Shown: positions 1 to 10,698 of the stretch, one piece after another | Numbering within the stretch: position 1 is the first letter of the stretch | Layout: every line of letters begins with the position of its first letter | NCBI GenBank assembly: GCA_009103225.1 | Contig: RHPI01003156.1 | Location: 226,537 to 290,536 of the forward strand | DNA: 64,000 nucleotides | Direction of reading: 5' to 3' | Origin: Chlorokybus atmophyticus | Taxonomy: Eukaryota; Plantae; Mesostigma and Chlorokybus algae | Made by a program: the position numbers and the translations under genes | The notes under the pieces: generated by a model | What the model was told of the DNA's origin: nothing | The model's input: only the letters and a program-made list of their open reading frames with translations | The model's database searches: none

Positions 1-217
1 GTGCGTCCAGCTGCGTGCACACTTGCATGCATGGTGTGGGTCGTTCTACACAATAATTTGAGCATTAGTTGTGTGTTCTTGCTGCACATACACATCATTA
101 CACACGCATTGGCTTGTTGCACCAGCCGCGCGTGTGCTCGTGTGTGCGCGCGTGTGCGCGTGAGTGCATCTGTTACAGGGACCTCACCTTGTAGTGTTGG
201 CCCTAACCTTTGTGGCA

Positions 218-922
218 ATGGCTGAGCAAGAGCATACAGCAAGAGAGGAGGTATCTTGGGGCAATGATGTTGCTAAGACCACCCGACAGCTTACCACTGT
301 GGTTGCCACGTTGTGTGAGCAGGTAACAGAGTTAAAGCAACACGAGGCCAACATAGCTCACTGGCAACGGTCAAGTGACATCGTTGACTGTGCAATCCCA
401 AGTAAGGGACATGTTGGTGCATCTGTTGATGCAAGTGTACAGAACCACCGAGAGCGTAAGCGTAGCCATGAAGCACAGCTCTGTGAAGCTGAAGCTGATG
501 CTGCTCGGGGCCATGCTCTCATGTGTGAGGGACATGAAGAGAGCAAGAAGCCATGTATACAACAGAGATTGTCAATGGCTAGCTGCTCTGTGGACGTTGA
601 TACGCAATGTGCTTTCAGTGACTTGATGTCACGCCTTCCCCAACCATGCAATTTCGATGTGTGGGAGAACAAGTTGGGTGTACAAGTAGATACTCAATTC
701 ATGCAGCACGACTGTGCAGGCAAGTGTGTCTTGCTCAATGCACCTGTTGACGAGTTGTCAAACATGCTCAAGCACTATGTAAATTGCAAGAGCAAGAGTG
801 CGCACAACACAAGTGCATGCGTGGTTGTACCCAAGCGTCCTGGGTTGAAGACCCGCTTTGTTAAAGGCATGCAGGTCCTGGGAGAGGTCAAGCTGGGTAA
901 GGGGCAGATGCGTGTCGTGTGA
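218..922 (+). CDS. Copy A ORF1: coiled-coil-like N-terminus plus Dam-like N6-adenine methyltransferase-like domain
   Basis: Open frame MAEQEHT...MRVV*. Contains FDVW...FMQHDCAGKCVLLNAPV...LKHYVNCK...NTSACVVVP, which aligns by eye to the D-F...DW-G...NPPF...LVVP-W pattern of retroelement MTases. Paralogous to the domain at 5700-6030. Confidence 0.6.
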   Translation: MAEQEHTAREEVSWGNDVAKTTRQLTTVVATLCEQVTELKQHEANIAHWQRSSDIVDCAIPSKGHVGASVDASVQNHRERKRSHEAQLCEAEADAARGHALMCEGHEESKKPCIQQRLSMASCSVDVDTQCAFSDLMSRLPQPCNFDVWENKLGVQVDTQFMQHDCAGKCVLLNAPVDELSNMLKHYVNCKSKSAHNTSACVVVPKRPGLKTRFVKGMQVLGEVKLGKGQMRVV

Positions 923-1234
923 CCTTGCATTCAGATGGGCACAATGTTGCGCCCACTGTTAGCTCTGTTTATGATGCATTAAGTACAGATGTCTTATGTT
1001 CTTTATTGAGTGCCATGCAGATGAGGGCTGTTCGCCATGGAGCTCAACCTCTTCTAGTGCTCGTCCGGCCAGTCTGTAACGACGACACTTCCACCTCAGT
1101 TGGTGAGACCGGTGGCAAGCCACCAGACACGGCCCTTGAAGGTCTGTTGTCTAAATTTTCTGATGTGTTTCAAGCTGAACTGCCTGCATTGCCACCTAAG
1201 AGGGACATCTGGCATACGACCCCTTTAGAGTCTG

Positions 1235-3052
1235 ATGCGCAGCCTCCGTTTAGACCCGTGTATAGGCCGAGTGTATAGACCAACCTTGTCGAGAAGACAA
1301 GCGAGGTGGGCTGAGTACTTGTCTAGATTCAACTTTATCTGGGTTTACAAACCAGGGAGAGTGAATGTGGCAGACCTTTTGAGCCGTTCGCCATTGCTGT
1401 TGGCAGTGACAACACGTGCACGTGCACGAAACCAAGGGTGGGCACAAGCAAGTGATGCTAGTGCCAGTACTTTCGAGTTGCCATCTGTGAATGAGCAAGT
1501 TGTCAATAAGACACCAGTGGCAACAAAGATCAGCGAAATGCCAACTGAGCTCGAGAGAGCAGACAGTGAAGCACCATTGGTAGTGCACGAGCCAAGTGGG
1601 GAGGACCCAATGGCCATTGATGTGGAAGACATTTTACAGCGAATGCCTAGTGCTTATGCACTTGACACATGGTTTGTTGAGTTGCTAAAGCAGGCAGACA
1701 ACAAGATCACTTGTCACAAGAGCCTCTGCTACAGTGAGGGCAACTTGATAGTGCTAACTGCACTCGGCTTGAGGCAAAAGTGTCTGTTTAAGGCACACAT
1801 TTTCGTGTACAATGGGCACATGGGAACGGCAAAGACCATCAAGCAGCTGCAAAGACAGTATTGGTGGCCGAGCTTGGGTGCTGATGAACCTAAATATGTG
1901 GCGTGTTGTGACACTTGTCCAAGAGACAAGGCCTCGCAGAGGAAGCCAGCAAGGTTGTTGAGGCCCTTGGCTATTCTCAGCTATTACTATGAGAGTGTGA
2001 GCATGGATCTGATCACAGATCTACCTGTGACAAAGAAGGGACACAATGCTATCGTTATCTTTGTTGATCGCTTGACCAAGATGATCAGATTTAGGCTCTG
2101 TCGCACAGACTTTTATGCGCAAGAGTTTGCGTTTGTCTTTGTGAAGTCGGTGTTTAGATCACACGGTGTACTCAAAGAGTTGGTGTCTGACCGTGACCCC
2201 AACTTTGTGAGCCAGTTTTGGCAGGCTGTGTGCCGGTACTTGGGGACTAAGCAGAGCTTGAGCACTGCTTACCATCCACAGAGTGATGGACAGACGGAGC
2301 GCGTTAATCAGGTGTTGGAAGAAGTGCTACGCCACTACACGTCACCTAGGTTCGATGATTGGGATGTGTATCTGCCACTTGCTGAGTTCGCTGTGAACAA
2401 TGCATGGCATGAGTCGCTAAGAAGCACTCCTTTCTATCTGAACTACGGTCGTCATGTGTTGACACCCATGTCTCTAAATGTTGAGCCATTCAGCAAAGTG
2501 CCGATGGCTAAAGACTTCACAGAGAGCATGCATGCCTCGTTGGCACATGCAAAAGATTGCTTGAGAGCAGCACAAGACAGGCAAAAGATGTATGCCAACA
2601 GGCAACGTAGGCCTGGAGATGAGCTCCAAGTTGGAGATCAAGTGTTGTTGAGCTCGAAGAACGTTCAACTCAAAACAAAAGGGGTACGTAAGTCGCTACC
2701 ATTCCGCATCACCGACAGTGTTGGTGACCTTGCCTTTCGGTTTGACTTGCCGAAGAGCATGCGAGTACATGATGTGTTTCATGTAGCACTGCTGAAACAG
2801 TACAAGAGTGACGGTCCAGTGCAACCCCCTCCCCCTCCGGTTGAGGTTGAGGGCGATCTCGAGTATGAGGTCGAGGCCATTGTTGGCAAACAGTTCAGAA
2901 AGTACAAGAGGAACTTTTGGATCCAATACTTGGTGAAGTGGCTTGGTTATGGCGAAGAGCATAACACCTGGGAGCCGAAAACCAACTTGGCAACCTGTGC
3001 TGCCTTGTTGGAGGAGTTTGAGAATGAGCTCAACTCAACAGGTGCCACTTGA
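1235..3052 (+). CDS. Copy A integrase plus chromodomain (open frame that starts in the RNase H C-terminal tail)
   Basis: HHCC (AHIFVYNGHMG...CDTC), DDE core (SMDLITDLP, LVSDRDPNF, QTERVNQVLE) and chromodomain (YEVEAIV...YLVKWLGYGEEHNTWEP). No stops over 605 codons. Confidence 0.93.
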   Translation: MRSLRLDPCIGRVYRPTLSRRQARWAEYLSRFNFIWVYKPGRVNVADLLSRSPLLLAVTTRARARNQGWAQASDASASTFELPSVNEQVVNKTPVATKISEMPTELERADSEAPLVVHEPSGEDPMAIDVEDILQRMPSAYALDTWFVELLKQADNKITCHKSLCYSEGNLIVLTALGLRQKCLFKAHIFVYNGHMGTAKTIKQLQRQYWWPSLGADEPKYVACCDTCPRDKASQRKPARLLRPLAILSYYYESVSMDLITDLPVTKKGHNAIVIFVDRLTKMIRFRLCRTDFYAQEFAFVFVKSVFRSHGVLKELVSDRDPNFVSQFWQAVCRYLGTKQSLSTAYHPQSDGQTERVNQVLEEVLRHYTSPRFDDWDVYLPLAEFAVNNAWHESLRSTPFYLNYGRHVLTPMSLNVEPFSKVPMAKDFTESMHASLAHAKDCLRAAQDRQKMYANRQRRPGDELQVGDQVLLSSKNVQLKTKGVRKSLPFRITDSVGDLAFRFDLPKSMRVHDVFHVALLKQYKSDGPVQPPPPPVEVEGDLEYEVEAIVGKQFRKYKRNFWIQYLVKWLGYGEEHNTWEPKTNLATCAALLEEFENELNSTGAT

Positions 3053-3291
3053 GAGCGTGTGCTCAGAGCTACTAGTGCTCAGCCTGGAGGAGCATGTGCA
3101 CATGCCCACATCATCTTCATGTAACATACCAACACCGCATGCACGGGTACACAGTACCAGAGTTGGTTGTTACTCCCACGACTTGCACTACTTTCACGTG
3201 AAGCACTGCCACTCAATTAGGCCTGGCCAGCCTGGCTGCGGTTTGTGCGGGACTAGTGTCCCACCCTTTTGCAACGCGGTCGTTGCAATGC

Positions 3292-3304
3292 AAGTGGGGA
3301 GAAA
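3292..3304 (+). promoter_or_regulatory. Polypurine tract of copy A
   Basis: AAGTGGGGAGAAA directly before the TGTCAC LTR start. The equivalent AAGTGGGGAGGAA lies at 9823-9835. Confidence 0.85.
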
Positions 3305-4326
3305 TGTCACGCCCACAGGGCAGGCAAAAGTCATCCTCTGTTCCTTACTTATGTGGTAAGTAAGATGAGACCAAGTGGGGACCCACACGCAAGCGTGTGT
3401 AGTGCTTGTGGGCGTGCTCTCATGTAGGTCTGCTCTAGAGCCTGTGCGGCCTTGAGCATGATGAACTACACAAGGCATGATGGCAAGCACAGGGCTGATC
3501 ATGGCCGATGAGACATCATGTGATGTACAGAGACATATGTGTGCATATGTGTGCATATGTGTGCATATGTCCGCATATGTCCGCATGTGTATGCATGTGT
3601 TTGCATATGTGTGCACATGTACGCATATGAGAGCATATGCGTGCATGAGAGGTATGTACTAGATGTATGCATGTATATGCATGCATGCGCATATGTGTGC
3701 ATATGCGCGCATATGTATGCATAAGGATGCATATGTATGCATGAATATGATGTCCTAGGCTGATGTAACCAGCCAAAGACGTTCACAACGTCCAAGGATG
3801 ATGTGTGTGATGTCCTAGGCTGATGTGACCAGCCTAGGGGCGTTCACAATGTCCGAGGCTGATGTGTGATCAGTCTTGGGCGTTGATAAGATGTCTTATG
3901 GCTGATGTGGCTACTCCTAGGCATGAGTATAGGTCAACGCAGCTATGACAAGGCAAGTAGCCTTGGACATGGTTGTTCTAGGTTGGAGAGCAGCAAAGAG
4001 GGGGTATATGAACGGCCTCAACAAGTGTTGAGGCAGCTCAGCATGTGCATACTCTTGCGTGTGGGGTGCCTAGTTCAGTTGTTCAAGGGGCTCTCCCTCT
4101 TATCCCAAGTGGGTTGTAGTGTCCGTAGCAGCCTTGCACATAAGTGGGGTGTGCTTGAGTGTGTGTGAGCTAAGTGGACGGTTTGTTGTGCATCCTCTCC
4201 ATCCCGTTGCGGTGCTGGTCATTCCTTCAACAATGTGCTGCACCGTGGTATGTTGTGAAGAAGTTCTTGTGCGTGTGCACAAGTATGTGACATACACGAG
4301 CAGGTAAGTGTGTGTCTCACGTTACA
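3305..4326 (+). repeat. LTR shared by copies A and B (1022 bp)
   Basis: Starts TGTCAC after the PPT and ends GTTACA. The 3' portion closely matches 9836-10698. Contains a CATATG satellite (~3533-3745) and a ~60-bp tandem duplication (~3749-3868). Confidence 0.92.
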
Positions 4327-4642
4327 TTGGACTTGGAGCTTGTTTTCAAGCCTTGCATGCTTGCCCATCAGCTTGTACACTTGCTACACGGTGCGTGTGT
4401 TGCATTCTTTGCTTGCACACGCTACATGGCAGTGTTTGCACGCTGATTGTGCATGTAGTTGGTTGCACCAGCTGCACGCACACTTGCATGCACGGTGTGG
4501 GTTGTATTCACGCTGGTTTGCGCACTGGTTGTGTGCATTTTCGTTGCATTTTGCTGCGTGCATAGCTGGACTTGTGCGCGCGTGTGTTTGTTGAACACTA
4601 CACTCATTACGTGCTTGTGCACGAGCAGATTTTCACTCGACA

Positions 4643-5631
4643 ATGACTTATCCGAATGCCAACGCACTCGCGGCCCAGATGATGGAGCAGCAAAACCAGG
4701 TGCAAGCCATGGTCACGGCCAATGCCTCCATAAAGGAGCAACACGAGCAGCAGCTAGCCAAGATGGCAATAGCAAACACCCACAAGATGATGCCACGCTT
4801 GGAGTTCTTCGCCGGTGCCAATGATGGGAAGGGCGAGGATCTTGGTGTTGCCGTGCGTGACCGGCTTTCAGGTTGTAAGCGTGTGTTGCATGCCGCTGAG
4901 GTATTGCCTGGGCTTGAGGCCAAAGCGGTGTCGCTTTTGGCATCCTACTTGCGGGGAAGTGCTGCCCGCATGTGGGAAGGGGCTTCCCCACGTCTTGAGG
5001 CTGTTGGCAAGGATGTCGCAAGCCTTGACGTGTTTGAGACTGCTATGTTGCAGGCCTACGGGGGTGTGAACCCGTTACAAAAGGCGCGTGACAAGTTGAG
5101 ACGCTCGAAAGTCAAGCCCTATCAGTCCATTGAGGACTTCACTGTCGACTTCGAGTTGGTGTGTGCCAAAGTTGGCCCCGACATGCCCTTGTCAGAGGTA
5201 AAGAAGATGGACAAGTACTGGGCGGCTTTGCCTGAGGATACGGCGAAGCAATTGACCTTCATGGAGGGCCTGGAGTCCTTCACGCATGCTGATTATGACT
5301 TGATGAAGCGCACGGCTGTGCAGTATGACAACAGCCAGCGCATAATCAACCAGGCACGGAAGTTGGCCATTGTTGCCAACCAGCCCTTGAGCTCGACCAC
5401 TCCCGCTATGGAAGTGGCAGTGGCAACAACAGTCGCAAGCGCGGCCGCCCAGACGGCAAGGGCAAGCAGCCCTTTCAGCCAGGCAACAAGAAGCGCGCTA
5501 CCAGCATCCCTGGAGTCAGCGTGGAGCTGAGGAATGCACGCTTCAAAGCCGGACTTTGTCTCAAGTGCGGGGAGAAAGGCCATCACGTGGCGAACTGCCC
5601 CAACCCCTCCAACGACAAGCCTGTCGCATAG
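4643..5631 (+). pseudogene. gag: gag of copy B with CCHC zinc knuckle (one frameshift near 5400)
   Basis: Retrotransposon gag-like ORF from 4643. In the shifted frame, CLKCGEKGHHVANC lies at 5557-5598 and ends TAG at 5629-5631. Confidence 0.85.
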
Positions 5632-8600
5632 AAACTCGGGGTGGAGAGCTGTTCTACTAGTAGCCCTGTACAGCCAGCTTGCCAACTCTGTAAGTTGCTT
5701 GATGACTGTTGGCAATCCACATGCTTCCCTGTTGACATGCGATGTTGCTGTGTGGGAAAACGATGTGGGTGTGCCTGTTGACTCCGAATTTCTGATGCAT
5801 GACTGTGTGAGCAAGCAAGTGCTGCTTAATGCGCCCTTTGACAAGTTGTCAACGGTGCTCAAGCACTATGTTGAGTGCAAGATTAGAAGCCCGCATAACA
5901 CAAGTGCATGTGTCATTGTGCCCGCGTATAGAGGACCATGGTCGTCCCTTATAAAGGGTATGCAAGTCATTCAGGAGATTGACAAGTCACAAACTGGGAT
6001 AGGGTGCTATGTGCGTGTCATGTATGACCCGCCTGTTCTCCACTGCGGAAATCACTTGGACCTTACATGGTTGTTCAAGGCGTCAGTGGCACGCATACCA
6101 GCTACTCTGATGATAGGTACTAGTACACCGAAGAACTTTATAAGTGAGTCTCTGGTGCGGCGTCTTGGCATTCATGTTGAGAAGGCAAGTGAGGCAGTGA
6201 CCTCACTAAATGAGCATGAGATCCCAGTCAAAGGGTCCGTGCATCTGTCTTTGCGTGTGCAAGGCTATCATGCTCAACTGAGGTTCTTGGTTGTGCCAGT
6301 TGAAGTACCAGGTGTTGACGTCATTCTTGGTGCTCGCTGGGAGCGTGCTAATGGCCTGCGCACAGATGCAGACACTGGCCTTTGCAGCGTGCGCAAAGGG
6401 CGAGGGCGTGTGACCCTGAGAGCTGAAGGGTGTGATATCATGCCCTCTACTCGTGGTGACACATCAAGTGATGTGTTCCCTCTGTTGTTTAATGCCATGC
6501 AGGTGAAAAGAGCTGTGCGCAGAGGTGCTGAACCTCTTCTTATCCTCGTCAAGCCTCTTGCCAACAATGATGGCACCACTCCACCCGATAAGACTGTTAG
6601 CAGCTCATAGAACAATGCACTTGACGCTCTGCTGCATGAGTATTTTGATGTGTTTCAAGCTGAGCTGCCTTAGTTGCCTCCTGAGCGGGAAGTGTGGCAC
6701 ACTATCCCTCTCGTATAGGAGGACAACCTCCATTTAGGCCTGTGCATAAGCTAAGTCCAGCTGAGTTTGCGGACATGGAGAGGCAAATCAGGGCCTTGCT
6801 TGCGAAGGGATTGATTGAGCCAAGTAGCTCTCCCTTTGGAGCACCCATTCTGTTCGTACTTAAGAAGGATGGCAGGCTGCGCATGTGCGTGGACTATAGG
6901 GCCTTAAACAAGCTTATCATTAAGAATAGGTATCCGTTGCCAAGGATAGATGATTTGCTCTATCAACTGAGCGGGGCCTCACTGTTCAGCTCCTTGAACT
7001 TGATCAGTGGGTACCACCAGATCCGGATCACACCGAAAGATGTGCCCAAGACAGCGTTTAAAACGCGTGTGGGACACTTTCAGAACAAAGTGCTGCCATT
7101 TGGGCTGATGAATGCGCCAGCTACCTTCTAAGCTATGATGAACCGTGTGTTTCACAAGGTGATTGGGAAGACAGTACTTGTGTACTTGGATGACATTATG
7201 GTCTTCAGTAAAGACCCTGAGTCACATGTTGCACATGTGCGTGAGGTCCTTAAAACGCTGCGTGCGAACAAGTTCTTTGCGTACATGCCCAAGTGTGAGT
7301 TTGGGAAGACGGAACTTAAGTTCTTGGAGCACATTGTAAGCAAGGAGGGCGTGCGCCCTGACCCCAAGAAGGTTGCTAAGGTCCAAGATTGGCCCGCACC
7401 CAAGAACGTGCATGAGCTGCGAGCATTCTTGGGGCTAAGCAACTATTTCCGGAAGTACATTCTTAGATACTCATCGCGAGTTGCTCCTCTCACAAACTTG
7501 CTACGTGACAAGGTTGTGTAGAAGTGGGGACACGTGCAACAGGTTGCCTTTGACTCTATTAAAGAGGCTCTGGTGACAGCATCTGTGTTACAGTTGCCAG
7601 ACTTCACCAGGCCCTTTGAGGTGATTAGCGATGCATCTAGATGGCACGGGAGCTGTGTTGCTTCAGGGTGGACACCCTCCCGCGTACTTGAGCAAGAAGT
7701 TCTCTGCTGCTGAGAGAAACTATACCACAACTGAACAAGAATTGTTGGGAGTGGTCCATGCGCTACAGGAGTGGCACTGCTATCTGGAGGGGGTGGAAGG
7801 TGGGTTCACGGTGATTGCCGATCACAACCACTTGTTTTCTTTCAGACCCAACCAACCCTGTCCCGAAGACAAGCAAGGTGGGCTGTGTCTTTGTCGCCTT
7901 TCAACTTTACTTGGGTGTATCGTCCAGGTAGGGTAAATGTGGCAGATCCCTTGAGTCGCTCGCCTTTGTTATTGGCAGCAACGACACATGCACGTGCACG
8001 CAGTTGAGGGTGGGCACAATCTGATGACACAAGTGCAAGTACATCAACGCAGCTAGCAACATGTGAGTTGCCAGTTGCAAGTGAGGCAGCGGTGATGCAC
8101 CAATGGTAGCTTCCATTGCAAGTGGGGAGGACCCACTGGCTGTTGATGTTGAAGACATTGTGGCACGTCTACTACGGCTTATGCACTTGACAACTGGTTT
8201 GCCTAGCTGCTCAAGCAAGGAGACGACAAGATCACTTGTCACAAATGGTTGTGGTACAGCGAGGGCAAGATGATTGTGCCAGATGCACTCGGACTTAGGC
8301 AAGAATGCTTGTTTGAGGCACACAATGTTGTATACAGCGGTCACATGAGCATGACCAAGACCAACAAGTTACTGCAGCGACAGTACTGGTGGCCGACATT
8401 GGTTGCTGATGCAACCGAGTATGCAAAGTTGTGACACTTGTCAACGTGACAAGGCCTCACACCGCAAGCCAGCAGGGCTACTTAAGCCGTTGGCTATCCC
8501 AAGCTATCAATGGGAGAGTGTGCGCATGGATCCAATTACAGATCTGCCCGAGACAAAACAAGGGCATGATGCCATCATTGTCTTTGTTGATCGGTTGACC

Positions 8601-9587
8601 AAGATGGTCCGGTTTGAGCCATGTCGCACAGATGTGAGCGCGCAAGAGTTTGCGTATGCTTTTGTGAACACGGTGTTCAAACTGCACGGTGTACCAAAAG
8701 AGTTAGTATCAGACCGTGATCCCAGGTTTACCAGTCAGTGACAGGCTGTGTGCCAATACTTGGGAACAAAGCAGAGCTTGAGCACAGCTTACCAACCACA
8801 GAGTGATGGACACACGGAGCGTGCAAACCAGGTGCTTGACGACATGCTGTGCCACTACACGTCACCCAGGTTTGATGACTGAGATGTGCACCTTGCATTG
8901 GCCGAGTTTGCTGTAAACAATGCATGGCAAGAGTCAACGCACAGCACTCCGTTCTTTCTCAACTATGGTCGTCATCCGTTGACACCAATGTCTCTGCAAG
9001 TTCAGCCATTTAGCAAAGTGCCAACAGCTAGAGACTTTACAGAGCAAATGCATGCTGCATTGGCAAGTGCCAATGACTGATTGGTAGCAGCCCAAGATCT
9101 GCAAAAGATGTATGCTGATCGGCAGCGCAAGCCTGGTGCTGGTCTTGAAGTAGGAGACAAGGTCTTGCTGAGTTCTAAGAACATTAGACTCAAGACCATT
9201 GGTGTGCACAAGCTTCTGCCCAGGTGGCTATGGCCGTTCACAATTACAGCAGCTGTTGGTGACCGTGCCTTTAGGCTTTAACTGCCAAAGAGCATGCGGA
9301 TCCACAGTGTGTTCCACGAGGCACTGTTGAAGCCGTACAGAAGTGATGGCCCAGTGCAGCCTCCTCCACCTCCAGTTGAGGTAGAGGGAGACCTCGAGTA
9401 TGAGGTCGAGGCAGTTGTTGGCAAGAGGTTTCGGAAGTACAAGAAGACCTTCCGCATTGAATATCTTGTCAAGTGGCTTGGTTATGGCGAAGAGTATACC
9501 ACCTGGGAGCCTATTTTCAACTTGACAAACTGTGCTGACAAGTTGGGTGAGTTTGAGAGTGAGCTCAAATCCACAGGTGCCACTTGA
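5632..9587 (+). pseudogene. pol: pol of copy B: Dam-like MTase-like domain, aspartic protease (catalytic Asp lost), RT, RNase H, integrase, chromodomain
   Basis: NAPF at 5828-5839; LMIGTSTPKNFIS protease remnant; [25 protein letters not shown] and YLDD (~7183); RNase H DAS...TTTEQELL; integrase MDPITDLP and SDRDPRF; chromodomain YLVKWLGYGEEYTTWEP. Several in-frame stops. Confidence 0.93.
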
Positions 9588-9835
9588 GAGCATGTGCTCG
9601 GGTTGCAACATAGGTGTTGTACAAACACGTGCAACTTTCTCTTCTATGTGACATGCCAATACGCGCGCACTGGTACTTAGTATCAGAGTTGGTTGTCACT
9701 CCCGCGACTTGCATTTTGTTTTATTCATAGTGTGCAGTGGTTCAGCAGGCTTGGCCAACCTGGCTGGCAATCATCGTGCGGGGCAATGAGCTCCATTGAT
9801 TGCAACATGGGAGTTGCAATGCAAGTGGGGAGGAA

Positions 9836-10698
9836 TGTCACGCCCAAAGGGCTGGTAAAAGTCACTCTCATGTTCCTTACTTATGTGGTAAGTAAGAAGA
9901 ACTAAGTGAGGATCCCGTATAGTCAAGTTGCGTAGTACTTGGCATATGTGCTCATGAAGTTAGTTCTTGTGCACTTAGTGTGCAAGGGCGTTGTAGCTAC
10001 ATATAGGCACTGTCTACTAACAAGCACAGAGCTAGTCGGTGTCATATGTCGGCATGTATAAGCATATGGTTGCATATGCATGCATGTGTCCGCATATGAG
10101 TTCATATGTGCGGATATGAGTGATGTATGCATGTGTATGCATATGTCCGCATATGTATGCATATGTATGAGGTCCTGGACTGATGTGACCAGCCTTGGGC
10201 GTTCACAATGTCCGAGGCTGATGTGTGATCAGTCTTGGGCGTTGACAAGATGTCCTAGGGCTGATGTGGCAGCTCCTAGGCATGAGTATAGGTCAACGCA
10301 GCAATGACATCCATGTCCAAGGCAAGTAGCCTTGGACATGGATGTTCTAGGTCGGAGCAGCAAAGAGGGGGTATATGAACGGCCTCAACAAGTGTTGAGG
10401 CAGCTCAGCATGTGCATACTCGACTCTTGTGTGTGGGGTGCCTAGTTCAGTTGTTCAAGGGGCTCTCCCTTTTATCCCAAGTGGGTTGTAGTGTCCATTG
10501 CAGCCTTGCACGTGAGTGGGGTGTGCTTGACTGTGTGTGAGCTGAGTGGAGGGTTTGTTGTGCATCCTCTCCATCCCGTTGCGGTGCTGATCATTCCTTC
10601 AACAAGGTGCTGCACTGTGGTATGTTGTGAAGAAGATCGTGTGCGTGTGCACAGGTATGTGACATACACGAGCAGGTAAGTGTGTGTCCCACGTTACA
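9836..10698 (+). repeat. 3' LTR of copy B (863 bp)
   Basis: TGTCAC...GTTACA, preceded by the PPT at 9823-9835. Homologous to 3305-4326. Confidence 0.92.

Larger units (their letters stand above)
1..4326 (+). mobile_element. Ty3/gypsy chromovirus-type LTR retrotransposon, copy A (internally deleted; 5' end outside the window)
   Basis: Integrase plus chromodomain ORF, polypurine tract at 3292-3304 and 3' LTR at 3305-4326. Homologous to copy B in 5' leader, pol remnants and 3' UTR. No gag zinc knuckle, protease core, RT or RNase H core. Confidence 0.93.
3305..10698 (+). mobile_element. Ty3/gypsy chromovirus-type LTR retrotransposon, copy B (full domain set, decayed)
   Basis: LTR-gag-MTase-like-PR-RT-RH-IN-chromodomain-PPT-LTR order, with multiple stops and frameshifts. 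Confidence 0.95.

Noticed and set aside
3477-3795. His/Cys/Met-rich ORFs here and in RY-rich introns and spacers (e.g. 38215-38766)
   Set aside because: Translations of (CA/TG)-rich low-complexity DNA. The LTR satellite is irregular with no unique spacers, so it is not CRISPR-like.
4327-4340. Primer-binding site TGGACTTGGAGC
   Set aside because: Only a partial match to the tRNA-iMet PBS (TGGTATCAGAGC), so the primer tRNA cannot be assigned.
5620-5760. Programmed gag-pol readthrough or frameshift at the gag TAG
   Set aside because: The copy is too decayed to tell programmed recoding from mutation. An intact copy is needed.
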